Source of the DNA: a virus
Taxonomy: Duplodnaviria; Heunggongvirae; Uroviricota; Caudoviricetes
IMG/VR virus record: IMGVR_UViG_3300042934_000212
DNA: 64,000 bases
Direction: 5' to 3' (one strand)
In this document: positions 21,296-31,149 of the stretch, one piece after another
Position numbering within the stretch: position 1 is the first letter of the stretch
Layout: each line of letters begins with the position of its first letter
The notes under the pieces: model-generated
Database searches by the model: none
Told to the model about the DNA's origin: nothing
Seen by the model: the letters and a program-made list of their open reading frames with translations, nothing else
Position numbers and translations under genes: made by a program

Positions 21296-22111
21296 TTATT
21301 TAGTTATGAAACCTTCTTCTTTTAAGAAGTTCATTACTTTTGTACGTAAGTCGCTTGCTTTCTTTTTATGTTCAGCAATAACTACATCCAATTCTTGTGC
21401 CTTATCGTACCTAGATTCTTTAAGTACATTCTGGCGTTGCTTCGCAGCATTTATTGCTTCTTGCACAACTTTGGTATATTGAATACCAGAACTGATAATA
21501 CCTAGTACTTTAGTATCAGTTAAAGTCTTTCCAGCGTTTAAAAGATTACGCAATGCGATTGCAGATTCATACATCATAATATTATCAAGAACAACCTGAT
21601 TGGTTGCATTACACTTGATACTGTACATTTTTGCATTCTTCATACCCATTACATTTTCTTCCATAATTGACCAATGCAAGCCTGGTTGATATGGACGATT
21701 TTGTTGTACGGGTGCCGATGATTGCTGTGTACGTTCTGGCTGTACCTGACGCATTCTTACTTGGATAGGGTCTTCAATAAAAGACTCGCCATCTTCTGGT
21801 ATATAATTACCATATACACTATCAAGGTCATTGGAATATTCATCCATAAAACCACCCTGATCATAAAACTGTGCATCTTCCTGATGAAGATTACCGTATT
21901 CGCCTGTTACTTCCTGTAATGAATGTAATAGGTTTTTTGTTTCAGCAAGGTTGACTCGTGCAAAATCATTTTCGAAAGTACTTCCGTCAGCTAATCTTGT
22001 ATTTTTAGTGACAGCTCGACCTTCTTCAATGTCATCAAACGCAGACATAATATCAGACATTAAGTTGATACCGTCCTGTCTGTGTTGGAATTCTCCAAAA
22101 TCTTCACTCAT
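21296..22111 (-). CDS. Hypothetical (probable structural) protein
   Basis: ORF track entry within a late cluster. Confidence 0.6.
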   Translation of the reverse strand: MSEDFGEFQHRQDGINLMSDIMSAFDDIEEGRAVTKNTRLADGSTFENDFARVNLAETKNLLHSLQEVTGEYGNLHQEDAQFYDQGGFMDEYSNDLDSVYGNYIPEDGESFIEDPIQVRMRQVQPERTQQSSAPVQQNRPYQPGLHWSIMEENVMGMKNAKMYSIKCNATNQVVLDNIMMYESAIALRNLLNAGKTLTDTKVLGIISSGIQYTKVVQEAINAAKQRQNVLKESRYDKAQELDVVIAEHKKKASDLRTKVMNFLKEEGFITK

Positions 22112-22326
22112 TGCTTACTCCTTTTAATTGATACGTAATATTCTGTGTCACCATCTTCATCTATATTTAATACTCCACGAGATACGAGTTTTGAACCCAA
22201 CTCCTGATAGTACTCACCTAGTGATTCTACTGGTACGCGAATATTAGCATCAACCTTTTTAATCAAACGATATTCTTCATTAGATACAATAATAGAGTAA
22301 CCATTCTTTGTATCTACTGATCTCAT
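22108..22326 (-). CDS. Hypothetical protein
   Basis: Translationally coupled overlaps with both neighbours. Confidence 0.7.
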   Translation of the reverse strand: MRSVDTKNGYSIIVSNEEYRLIKKVDANIRVPVESLGEYYQELGSKLVSRGVLNIDEDGDTEYYVSIKRSKQ

Positions 22327-23246
22327 TACTTACCTCTCATTCTCGAACAGAAGTCAATAATCTGTGAAAGTACTTCATCAGCGTTATCCATTGCATGATT
22401 ACCTTCAACTGATTCTTCACCGGAAGTGTTTTCGTCTGAACCTTCAATATCACCAATAGCTTGTGCTAAATCACCTAAGCCCGGATTGTGGTTGGTCAAC
22501 GGTGAGCTTGAATTCTCAAGATGATCAACATCAGGTGGTGCCATAGTATCTTCTGAATCGTTTTCTTCGTATTCAGCTTCTTGTACTGGTTCAACATCAT
22601 CAAGACCAAATACACTTAATTGGTTTGCTTTTGATGGATCTTTGGTAACTACTAATGTTTGGTCAGTTGTTGGACCAACATCAACGCCTACTACTGGCTC
22701 AAGTTCAGTACTACCTGAAGATTGACCAGGAACGGTAACTTTAAAGTTCTGGTTATTTGCGTTTTGTTGTAGTTGTGCCTGTTTCAACTTAGCAGCAGTT
22801 TGTGGATTAATCTGCGTCTGTTGAGTAGAGGTATTTTGCTTATTAATCTGGTTCGCACTTAGAGTACTTGCTAAATCTTCATTCAATTCATCAAATACAA
22901 GTGTCTTGATTTCAGCTAGAGTTAAGTGTGAATTCTCACGTAACGCAAATGCACAATGTCGTTTGTAGAAACCAACAAGTTCATTGACAGTTAGTTTATT
23001 CAAAGAACTTACTTCTGCTGATTCATTAATTTTGGTTGATGTGAAAAGTTTATGACTTTCACTCATTCTTGCCTTGTACCGTTGCAGTACTTGCATGATA
23101 GCACGGTTATCCGAGTTATCCATTGCCTGATTGATTTCCACGAAATCACCAGCGTCCATTGCACTTAGTGCTTGGCTCACATCCATTTGCAAACCGTTTG
23201 CATCAGCGAACTTTTGTAGTTCTTGTGCAGTTTGTTGTATATCCAT
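22326..23246 (-). CDS. Probable head-associated protein
   Basis: Multiple I/L/V-x-E sites, Gln-rich and acidic linkers; TAAATA at ~23288-23293. Confidence 0.55.
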   Translation of the reverse strand: MDIQQTAQELQKFADANGLQMDVSQALSAMDAGDFVEINQAMDNSDNRAIMQVLQRYKARMSESHKLFTSTKINESAEVSSLNKLTVNELVGFYKRHCAFALRENSHLTLAEIKTLVFDELNEDLASTLSANQINKQNTSTQQTQINPQTAAKLKQAQLQQNANNQNFKVTVPGQSSGSTELEPVVGVDVGPTTDQTLVVTKDPSKANQLSVFGLDDVEPVQEAEYEENDSEDTMAPPDVDHLENSSSPLTNHNPGLGDLAQAIGDIEGSDENTSGEESVEGNHAMDNADEVLSQIIDFCSRMRGK

Positions 23247-23293
23247 ATATTATCTCCAAAAAGAAAAACCTTTTCTGTACATGATGATATTTA

Positions 23294-23692
23294 TCATGTA
23301 CGGGAAAAGGTTTGCTTTGTGATACTGATATTTCGTTCAGAAGTCGTGTTATTAAATTTAGTTAAGCGTGTTCCATTTACATCAGTTGGTAAAACCAACG
23401 GAACTCCCATTACCTTAATGTCTACGTTCATTGGTAGAGCGAATTTAAAAGTACTTACAGTACATTCGCCCCACGAAGAAGGTAAATTATAGAATGATGA
23501 ATTGTTGTTTTTGCTTAAGTCAACTTCAGTCTTTGCAACGCTCACCATCATAGGACGATCAAATTCCATAACACATTCAATCAATCTCGATAAGTTCATT
23601 GCACCAGTAAATGTTCCATCCACGATAGGAGGTGTAAGACCATCACCAATATCAATTACCGTATTGATTGTATAAAATGTATAAGAAATCAT
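23294..23692 (-). CDS. Hypothetical (possible structural) protein
   Basis: ORF with an AAGGA RBS. Confidence 0.6.
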   Translation of the reverse strand: MISYTFYTINTVIDIGDGLTPPIVDGTFTGAMNLSRLIECVMEFDRPMMVSVAKTEVDLSKNNNSSFYNLPSSWGECTVSTFKFALPMNVDIKVMGVPLVLPTDVNGTRLTKFNNTTSERNISITKQTFSRT

Positions 23693-23693
23693 G

Positions 23694-23858
23694 TTAGTCC
23701 TTTTTCTTTTTATCTTGCTTGTATTCTTTGTATCCGAAGAAGTTAGATTTAGGCAAACGGGTTACCAATGGAAAATGAAATCCACCGGATACTGATGCAA
23801 TCCCACCAGCACTTGTTGCACCTGAAGATGCATTCTCGTTAATCTTTTTATTTTTCAT
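23694..23858 (-). CDS. Small probable head protein
   Basis: MKNKKINENASSGATSAGGIA echoes the major capsid N-terminal ESATAGATSAGNIA; start reassigned to ATG 23858. Confidence 0.55.
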   Translation of the reverse strand: MKNKKINENASSGATSAGGIASVSGGFHFPLVTRLPKSNFFGYKEYKQDKKKKD

Positions 23859-23859
23859 A

Positions 23860-24129
23860 TTAATTACCTTTGTTCTTTCGCTTTTCACTAAGAGCAATAT
23901 TCTCTAAGCCCTTTTCGAATTTACGATAATCACGGTTCTTAATACTCAGATAAAGCCGACGAGTTAAATCCTCGGCTTCTTCTTCATCAAATTCTTCTTC
24001 GATACTATCAAGTAGATTGATAATCGAATTTATAGCATGATCTGCACGATTACCTAAACTCTGTAATTTATCCTTATCAGAAGTATAGTTCATTATACTA
24101 TCTAAGAGATTGTGCTTGTTAGTTGACAT
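23860..24129 (-). CDS. Hypothetical protein
   Basis: ORF track entry, packed against the helicase gene. Confidence 0.7.
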   Translation of the reverse strand: MSTNKHNLLDSIMNYTSDKDKLQSLGNRADHAINSIINLLDSIEEEFDEEEAEDLTRRLYLSIKNRDYRKFEKGLENIALSEKRKNKGN

Positions 24130-24131
24130 AA

Positions 24132-25646
24132 TTACATCCTACCATTCAAAAAGTTTCGCATATGAGAAACTTTGTCTTGAGCCTTTGGTGTATTTATGTC
24201 TGAAGAATCTGTACTGTTCATATTTTGAGTAGTTGCAAGTTCTGGTTCTGGTGTTTTAGGTTTTGGTGTAACACTGGTTAGTTTGTTTTGCAACGCACTT
24301 AGACCTGATGAACCTGGTAATGTTGGTGTAGCCATTACTCCACCTTTACCTACTCTGGATTTACCACTATGACGGAATGAAGTGTTAATTTCCATTTCCT
24401 GTACTGTTTGTGGGTGATCTAGAACACGCAATGAATCAATATCGTAAGACATGATTAGTTTGGAACCTACTGCGGAACTGTTACGAGTTTTCTGGAAGTC
24501 AAAGACCATTTCACCACGTTCTTTACGTGCATCAATGTAGATTACGTTATCTGCGGTATAGATTTTAGAAATACCACCTGCAATCTGTGCCTGACTCTTA
24601 GTATCTTCACCACTAACACCACTACGGTTGAACTGACAAGCTGTGAATACGGTTAAATCCATTTTCATCGCAAGTGCACGTAGTTCTTCTGATACGAACT
24701 TATCTTTTACGAATGCGTTTGATTTATCATTCGGTCCACAACGATCAGAAGTTAATAGATCAAGGTAGTCCACACAAACATAATCAAGTTTAACGCCAGT
24801 TTTAATCTGTAATTCACGAATATAACTTTCAATGTCGTTTACAGTACTGACAGATTCAGGTAAACGGTGAATACGTAATTTACCGTTACTCTTTTCTTCA
24901 ATTTTTACCTTAGCAGCAGTTTCGCTAATATCAACCTTAACGCGACCCTGAGCAGTATCAACCATCATACCATAGATACGTACTGCTACTAGTTCTTTAG
25001 CAAGTTCTAGTGAGATATACGCACCATTTAGACCAGCTTTACTGAAGTTTACTGCTAAGTTTTGTAGTACTACTGATTTACCACCACCTGAAGCAGCAGC
25101 AAATATTTCTAGTTCCTGACGACCGAAGCCACCGAATAATTTAAAGTCTAGTGTTTCCCAGCCAGATTTAAAACTACCTTGCATATCAGCTAGTGAGCTA
25201 ATTACATCTTCAGGATTCTCATAAATGTCCAAACCCAAATCATTTTGAACAGTTACAAGCATAGCTTCACGAATTAGTTCTTCGATTCCACCGTAACGCT
25301 TTTGATTAACAAGTTCCATTCCTTGCTGAATTGCTAGAGCAAGTGCTTTATGACGACAGAATTCACCAACGCTATCTAGAACCGCTTGTTGATTAAGTTC
25401 TTGTACTGGCGTTTCAGAATAAACACCATCTGCGTTATGTTTAATGTCATTTAGCGTAGGAGCAACATTGTACTTACTTGAATAATCGTGTACATATTGA
25501 ATACTTGGTGCGAATTCCTTATCGAAGTATTCAGGCTTTAGGACATTCTTACACCGAACATATAAGTCGGGTGTACTAAAAATCTGCGAGAGAAGATATA
25601 GTTGATATTGAATGTCGTATTTTCTTACGTCCGTGTTAGCTGCCAT
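24132..25646 (-). CDS. gp41: Replicative DnaB-like helicase (T4 gp41-like)
   Basis: AASGGGKS Walker A, YISLEL, VDYLDL, SEELRALA, TACQFNR and KTRNS motifs. Confidence 0.92.
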   Translation of the reverse strand: MAANTDVRKYDIQYQLYLLSQIFSTPDLYVRCKNVLKPEYFDKEFAPSIQYVHDYSSKYNVAPTLNDIKHNADGVYSETPVQELNQQAVLDSVGEFCRHKALALAIQQGMELVNQKRYGGIEELIREAMLVTVQNDLGLDIYENPEDVISSLADMQGSFKSGWETLDFKLFGGFGRQELEIFAAASGGGKSVVLQNLAVNFSKAGLNGAYISLELAKELVAVRIYGMMVDTAQGRVKVDISETAAKVKIEEKSNGKLRIHRLPESVSTVNDIESYIRELQIKTGVKLDYVCVDYLDLLTSDRCGPNDKSNAFVKDKFVSEELRALAMKMDLTVFTACQFNRSGVSGEDTKSQAQIAGGISKIYTADNVIYIDARKERGEMVFDFQKTRNSSAVGSKLIMSYDIDSLRVLDHPQTVQEMEINTSFRHSGKSRVGKGGVMATPTLPGSSGLSALQNKLTSVTPKPKTPEPELATTQNMNSTDSSDINTPKAQDKVSHMRNFLNGRM

Positions 25647-25653
25647 TAAAACC

Positions 25654-26700
25654 TCAAATCCATTTGTCTGTTTGTACTCTTATGTCGAATCTATCAGTGT
25701 ATATACTTTTATGCAGTAGCTGTAAACAGAACAACCTACCGTACTTAGCACATGCTTCATCAAAATCCTTTATGTGACGAATTCCATTATCATCACGTAC
25801 TGTTCCGAAATCAGGCATTGCTACACTGAATCCGTTATCTATAGCTTGTTCGATAGTGACTAAACCATCCTTATCACGATCAGGAACAATAACTATATTT
25901 TTACCACGTTCAGAAGCCTTGTGTAACAACTCAAGTTGTGACGAACTCATGAAGTAGTTATTTGACGCCATGCCACCCATTAGAGCAGCATCTATTGGCC
26001 CTTCACCGACGAGAATAGTTTGTATTCTGTCGTCATTCAACAAATCAAAGTTATAAAAAATGCCCGTACTAACTTGATTGCGATAACGGAACTGACTATC
26101 TTTATCAATATGACGAGCGGTATAACCTATAATGTTACCGTTCATATAATATGGAACTATGAAACGTTGGTACATATAAAATTCTTTAGACGGACTCCAA
26201 TATAAATCTAAGTCCAACAAATAAGGATTGCGGTCATTTACTGCATTAATAACCTTGATAAAGTCTGGTGGTATGTTATCCATATTCACCCACTCTAAAA
26301 ATGGTTTTGCATCTGATGGCAATTCTCTTTGTACTATCTTTTGGTATAATTTAGAAGCCGATACGTCCTGTACTTCATATTCACCACTTTCAACCATTTC
26401 TTTAGCAATCAGCTTAATTGCAGCTAATTCTTTATCTGATGCACCATACGAATTAAGCAACGTTTCCATATCGCGACTTAAGTATCGGCCAGGTGACCAT
26501 CCGGTTTTAAGGTGACAGTTGAAGCAGTTATAGGTAATGGAACCATCATTTCGAAACATATGGTTTCCACGACCTTTTGTATCGGGTCTTGATTGCCCTC
26601 TGAATATACAGGCAGGGCAATTGTGTTGATTCCAGCGTTCCATGATTGGTGCCGGATCATTCATAATTGATGATATAATACCTTGTATCTGATTCATCAT
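25654..26700 (-). CDS. gp61: DNA primase (T4 gp61/DnaG-like)
   Basis: CPAC...CFNC zinc finger, GYTAR, and TOPRIM motifs EGPIDA, PDRDKDG and KDFDE. Confidence 0.88.
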   Translation of the reverse strand: MMNQIQGIISSIMNDPAPIMERWNQHNCPACIFRGQSRPDTKGRGNHMFRNDGSITYNCFNCHLKTGWSPGRYLSRDMETLLNSYGASDKELAAIKLIAKEMVESGEYEVQDVSASKLYQKIVQRELPSDAKPFLEWVNMDNIPPDFIKVINAVNDRNPYLLDLDLYWSPSKEFYMYQRFIVPYYMNGNIIGYTARHIDKDSQFRYRNQVSTGIFYNFDLLNDDRIQTILVGEGPIDAALMGGMASNNYFMSSSQLELLHKASERGKNIVIVPDRDKDGLVTIEQAIDNGFSVAMPDFGTVRDDNGIRHIKDFDEACAKYGRLFCLQLLHKSIYTDRFDIRVQTDKWI

Positions 26701-26732
26701 TCATATCCTATGTCTGTGTCAGTACTACGAAT

Positions 26733-26761
26733 ATTATACCACAATTATTTTAAGTATTTCA
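26733..26761 (-). promoter_or_regulatory. TGAAA-type promoter for primase/helicase
   Basis: Minus strand reads TGAAATACTTAAAATAATTGTGGTATAAT. Confidence 0.7.
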
Positions 26762-26762
26762 T

Positions 26763-27734
26763 TTATCTACGGATCAAAATCTTAGGAACCGTATTCAATG
26801 GGTTATAGTCTTTCTTGACTATATTAGGTGGGAAATTTTGAACAATCGGTGGAATTAGAGCAACAACTCTCACCCACATTAATTGTCCACGGAAATTGAA
26901 AGCCCTTATACCATCAATAGGAATAGGAATCCCATTAGGGTCGAAGTTATTTTCGATATAGTCTTTGCCATCTAATTTAAGAATGAACCACTTATAATCT
27001 TCAGCATCTTTAGGAGTTTCATTTAATAAACAACCCTGTAATTGAATGCGTCCAATGAAATTATGGAAATAATAAGCAACAGTACTTAAACCGTCAACTA
27101 ATCCATATTGTGCATCTGCTCTTATAGGAGAACTGTGCATTACATCAAAATCACCAACAACACCATTTGAAATAGGCTTTTGTTCTTTATCTTTGATAGG
27201 CAACCATGATGGATTTTTATCTGCACTGATTTCCTGACTTGGTGTGAATGTTGGTGAAGCCAGATTACTAATAATTAGTTCCGAACTTGCCTCATATCCT
27301 AAACCAGTATATAAGTACTCGGTAGGTTCAAATAGACTTCCATCCATTGTAACCTTAGTAATACTCCAACGGTACTTAGATCCTACGCTCAAGTCTTGAA
27401 TTACACCAGCAGGTACAATACAACCGTAGTAAACTTTCTGTTTGTTATTAATTGTTGGTCGTGCTTGACCAGCTTCTGAAACCCATGATGGTTTAATCTT
27501 ATCGAGTACTGTTTCAAAGATACGAGTATCGTTACGAGCATCATAGATACTGAAGACAAGGTATTGATTATCATTAATCAATGTGTATTTCCCATCAGCA
27601 TTATGTATTGTAAAGCTGACTGGATTGTTTGCACCTCTATAAATCGTAAGCTTCTCGTTGTTAAAAGGCATATTAAAATTGCCTAAAGAAACTTCATTAT
27701 TATAAGGATACATGTAAACGCCGTGATGTGCCAT
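26763..27734 (-). CDS. Probable virion structural protein
   Basis: Beta-rich sequence; TAAATA upstream at ~27773. Confidence 0.5.
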   Translation of the reverse strand: MAHHGVYMYPYNNEVSLGNFNMPFNNEKLTIYRGANNPVSFTIHNADGKYTLINDNQYLVFSIYDARNDTRIFETVLDKIKPSWVSEAGQARPTINNKQKVYYGCIVPAGVIQDLSVGSKYRWSITKVTMDGSLFEPTEYLYTGLGYEASSELIISNLASPTFTPSQEISADKNPSWLPIKDKEQKPISNGVVGDFDVMHSSPIRADAQYGLVDGLSTVAYYFHNFIGRIQLQGCLLNETPKDAEDYKWFILKLDGKDYIENNFDPNGIPIPIDGIRAFNFRGQLMWVRVVALIPPIVQNFPPNIVKKDYNPLNTVPKILIRR

Positions 27735-27788
27735 GTTTAACCTCTATAAATAATATATATTATCAATAACAATATTTATGGAAGTCCT

Positions 27789-28142
27789 ATGAATGAACAC
27801 AAAACTTATCCGTTCGTGACGGTCATAGAGCACGACGAGGTAATCTATTATGGGATCATCAAAATTAAGAGTAAACAATACATGACTTTGTACTGTTTCT
27901 CTGAAATGGATGAAGCTCATCAGGAAGAACTCTTGCTATTAGCGAATAACTGGTGGTGGCAAAGTAATAGAACTATTCCGATTTGCTTGTTTATGCAAGA
28001 AGAAATGGAAAAATTTGAACCCTTTACCAAACGATTTAATACTGACCAAGTGAAGGTTCACTCAGGTCCAGTAATCTCGCTAAGTGATCTACCAACCAAA
28101 CGAATCAAACGCCGCAATGTTGCACTCAAGAAGAAGAAATAA
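27789..28142 (+). CDS. Hypothetical protein
   Basis: Divergent ORF with TATAAATA upstream at 27745-27752. Confidence 0.7.
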   Translation: MNEHKTYPFVTVIEHDEVIYYGIIKIKSKQYMTLYCFSEMDEAHQEELLLLANNWWWQSNRTIPICLFMQEEMEKFEPFTKRFNTDQVKVHSGPVISLSDLPTKRIKRRNVALKKKK

Positions 28143-28776
28143 TGTATTCTACTAGTGCATTTAATTGTACAACAATCATTAAACTATATGCATAAGCATG
28201 GGGCTTTTTGAAGTAACGTAACTTCTTACCCTCTGCGTCTAGCCCAATACTATCATAATCCCAAATAACCCGCTCAACCTCATCCCAACTATTCATACTC
28301 TGACATTGACGCTTTCCAGGACGGATCATTGCAATAAACATTGCAAGCTCATCGATGCTGCGTGGACGCCAAACATTAAGTAATGTAATATGCTTTTTGA
28401 TTTGAGATAATTCTTCCACGAATTCCGGTACGAGTAACAGATCCCAATCCGGCTCTTTGTTCATCAACTCCTTCAGGTGATCCCTATCCCGTACATGTTC
28501 GTATGCCGATTGAGAAAGAATATCAACTTTTTGGTATCCTAATCTTTCGGCTTCTTTGTACTGAATACTTGCAAGACCACTAATCGGATCTACTGGTATA
28601 TTATCAAAATGAACACCACTGTTATGTGCAATTAAGCCATCTTCAGTAATTCGTTCAACACTTCGAGTACATGGTAATTGCTGGATAACTGACTTTCCAT
28701 CTTTGAAGTCAATATCAATATCAGTCCTAGCTTTACGATAATTAGTATCCGTTGTACTCTTGTGATCCATATCCAT
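28126..28776 (-). CDS. Minimal DNA polymerase III alpha (DnaE, C-family)-like protein
   Basis: RTDIDIDF, HNSGV, GYQKVDIL, PRSIDELA.FIAMIRPG and YFKKPHAYAY correspond to DnaE PDFDVDF, HAGGV, GLVKFDFL, ALFRPG and GFNKSHSAAY. Confidence 0.85.
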   Translation of the reverse strand: MDMDHKSTTDTNYRKARTDIDIDFKDGKSVIQQLPCTRSVERITEDGLIAHNSGVHFDNIPVDPISGLASIQYKEAERLGYQKVDILSQSAYEHVRDRDHLKELMNKEPDWDLLLVPEFVEELSQIKKHITLLNVWRPRSIDELAMFIAMIRPGKRQCQSMNSWDEVERVIWDYDSIGLDAEGKKLRYFKKPHAYAYSLMIVVQLNALVEYIISSS

Positions 28777-29089
28777 TCGTAATTTCCTTCAGTCTTTGTA
28801 CATCATTCTTTAGTGTCTGAATTTCTTGTAGCAGTACTGCAATAGCGTTGTGCTGTTCTTTTAATCTCTGTCTCATGGTATGCATTGCTTCTTCATGATT
28901 CTTAAGAATAGTGACAGTCTGCTCGATACGTTTTGGGTCGGAAACTTGAAAAGTTCTCCCACCTAAAGTGATTTCTGTTACCGAACCTCGTTGAACCATG
29001 TTCAACTTAGATTCAGCACTATCTTTTAAAATTGCACTCTTTTGTGCAAACTTTTCATCTGGTACAGATGAATACATTCCTTTGTTCAT
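28742..29089 (-). CDS. Hypothetical coiled-coil protein
   Basis: Heptad pattern in the C-terminal half. Confidence 0.65.
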   Translation of the reverse strand: MNKGMYSSVPDEKFAQKSAILKDSAESKLNMVQRGSVTEITLGGRTFQVSDPKRIEQTVTILKNHEEAMHTMRQRLKEQHNAIAVLLQEIQTLKNDVQRLKEITNGYGSQEYNGY

Positions 29090-29814
29090 AGTCCTGCCTC
29101 AACAAGTAAATTTCTTATATCCATAACTTCATCGTTATAACGGATTTGAAGAATCTTGAAATATGTTGGGTCAATGAATCTAACTAAGTAATCTAACTCA
29201 GAGTCTGAGAAACGATTAAGTAGTTTGTTACCACTTTCTGGTGACGCAGTATAAATTATCCAAGGAGATAACTTACCAGTTTCAAACCATAGTATTGCAC
29301 GTTCAGTACTTACATTTTCAAAGAAATCTACCCATTCATTATCTGTGGCAACGCCCCATTCAACTAACGCATTAATTGAACGTTCTATTCCACGACGGGG
29401 ATGTTCATTACGGATATTCTTAATAACCCATTCTTCATATGTCTTATGCGAACGCCATTCGTAAACAGTTAGTCCACTGGTTAACACATGAGTGATGAAT
29501 TGTTCCTTATTTAGAATATCATTAGTTAAAATGTACTGAGCAAATTCATAGAAGTCATTGAAGTAACGTGATTTGATAAATTGCATCAACGGTTCTTCAT
29601 TCTTCTTCATCTGGAACTTGTGTGCTTCCATAAAAAGCATATACAAACGAAATGCCTCACGCATTAAACGTGATTCACGGTCGTTGTATCGGTCACGCTT
29701 AATACAAGCATGAGTAAGTACTGTATCCTCACGCTTATAACATTTTCCACAAAATCTGCATTCATAAGTAGGGGCTTTAGCAGCCCCTTTGTTACTTTTT
29801 GCCATATTTTTCAC
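29086..29814 (-). CDS. Zinc-finger (C2H2/C2HC-like) protein
   Basis: YECRFCGKCYKREDTVLTHAC. Confidence 0.65.
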   Translation of the reverse strand: MKNMAKSNKGAAKAPTYECRFCGKCYKREDTVLTHACIKRDRYNDRESRLMREAFRLYMLFMEAHKFQMKKNEEPLMQFIKSRYFNDFYEFAQYILTNDILNKEQFITHVLTSGLTVYEWRSHKTYEEWVIKNIRNEHPRRGIERSINALVEWGVATDNEWVDFFENVSTERAILWFETGKLSPWIIYTASPESGNKLLNRFSDSELDYLVRFIDPTYFKILQIRYNDEVMDIRNLLVEAGL

Positions 29815-30637
29815 TTTCTGCTTTGAATTGTTTTAAAAGAGATTTTACCTCTTGTTCAGACGATCCTAAGTCTTTAAGCAATTCCTCAAAGGTATCTTTG
29901 GTATAGCCTGACAATAAAATTTTGTATTCTGCTTCAGTTAATTGAACAGCAGTATACTCAGATTGTGTTCGTTTGATAATCTCGAATAGAGTCTTATCAA
30001 CGTTCTTAATTCCTTTACAGTGTGGCAACCAGTTATGAGCACGTTTCTGTGGTCCAATCATTTCTGATACGGAGCACATCAATTGATAAACTAATTCAGG
30101 GTGATTCTTCATATCCCAAAAATCTTGGTTTACCATATCGTTTAGCATAATCAAATGGAACTTAATAGTTGTGCTGTCAATCAAAGAAATGATTTCAGAC
30201 CCACCAATACCAAATTCTTGCATAGTTGCAATCAAAGCATCGGCTGATGCTTTGTCTTGTACTGCGAACTTGATACGCCAATCGTATTTTGCGTGTTCAT
30301 ACTTAGCTGCACTGATGCAGACTCCTGCACCAGTACTGTTAAACTCATCCTTTAGTTCATTTAGTGCATCTTTACCACCTGATGACCATTTACCAAAGAT
30401 TGATTCTACTTTTCGAGCATTATAAGTTACTTGAACTGAATCATCAAGTGAACTAACCCAACGTAATACAATATATGGTTGGAAATGCTTCTTTTCTTTA
30501 TCACTTAATGTGTCAAAGTAATCATAATCAGCCATGTCAATCTTTTCGAGTAGAAGATTCATATCTAACTTGGTATTTGTACCAGTACTTGAATCTTCTT
30601 CTTCGGTTGCGATTGGTAGACCACTAAAATCGAACAT
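29792..30637 (-). CDS. Probable clamp-loader small subunit (gp62-like)
   Basis: FQPYIVLRWVSS...N..VN..F......HPEL.Y...W pattern typical of gp62-like proteins, with an insertion. Confidence 0.5.
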   Translation of the reverse strand: MFDFSGLPIATEEEDSSTGTNTKLDMNLLLEKIDMADYDYFDTLSDKEKKHFQPYIVLRWVSSLDDSVQVTYNARKVESIFGKWSSGGKDALNELKDEFNSTGAGVCISAAKYEHAKYDWRIKFAVQDKASADALIATMQEFGIGGSEIISLIDSTTIKFHLIMLNDMVNQDFWDMKNHPELVYQLMCSVSEMIGPQKRAHNWLPHCKGIKNVDKTLFEIIKRTQSEYTAVQLTEAEYKILLSGYTKDTFEELLKDLGSSEQEVKSLLKQFKAESEKYGKK

Positions 30638-31140
30638 TATTCACCAATTCCTAAAAATAAATCTTGGATTTTTTCGTTTTCATCTGCAAAGTACACACAC
30701 GGTGGATTCTTGCCATTGTGTAGAGGTACTGCAAGTAAGTTTTTCTTTGGTAGCATTGGAATTTGCCATTTAGTGGTTAGTGTAAACACACGTAGGACTT
30801 TAACGGGTTCATATCGTGGATACATGGAGCGGATTGGGTTATACACAAACGCTCGTGGATCTTTCATATTCAAAATATTCTCAATGGTACACATTTCCAT
30901 CATACCAGTATCTTCGTCGCCTAGCAAAATCTGCCATCCTAACGGTACTTGTACAATGTGATTTCCAATCTGGAGGTCTGCACTGATACTATTGAAAGAA
31001 ACGGTGTTGTGTATATGTTTGAAATAATAATCAGCATCTTCTACTGAGCTTAAATCTAATACACAATACATTTCTTCAGGGATGGTATCAGTTACCAAAT
31101 CCATTTCAAAAGATTGGTTTTCAGGGGTTAGTACATTCAT
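30637..31140 (-). CDS. Hypothetical beta-rich protein
   Basis: ORF track entry with a GGAAG RBS, coupled to the downstream gene. Confidence 0.7.
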   Translation of the reverse strand: MNVLTPENQSFEMDLVTDTIPEEMYCVLDLSSVEDADYYFKHIHNTVSFNSISADLQIGNHIVQVPLGWQILLGDEDTGMMEMCTIENILNMKDPRAFVYNPIRSMYPRYEPVKVLRVFTLTTKWQIPMLPKKNLLAVPLHNGKNPPCVYFADENEKIQDLFLGIGE

Positions 31141-31149
31141 GTGACTTCC

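Noticed and set aside
30637-31140. Possible Hint-like fold in the 167-aa beta-rich protein
   Set aside because: Only a vague impression; the catalytic N-terminal Cys and C-terminal His-Asn are absent, and it cannot be supported without a structure search.
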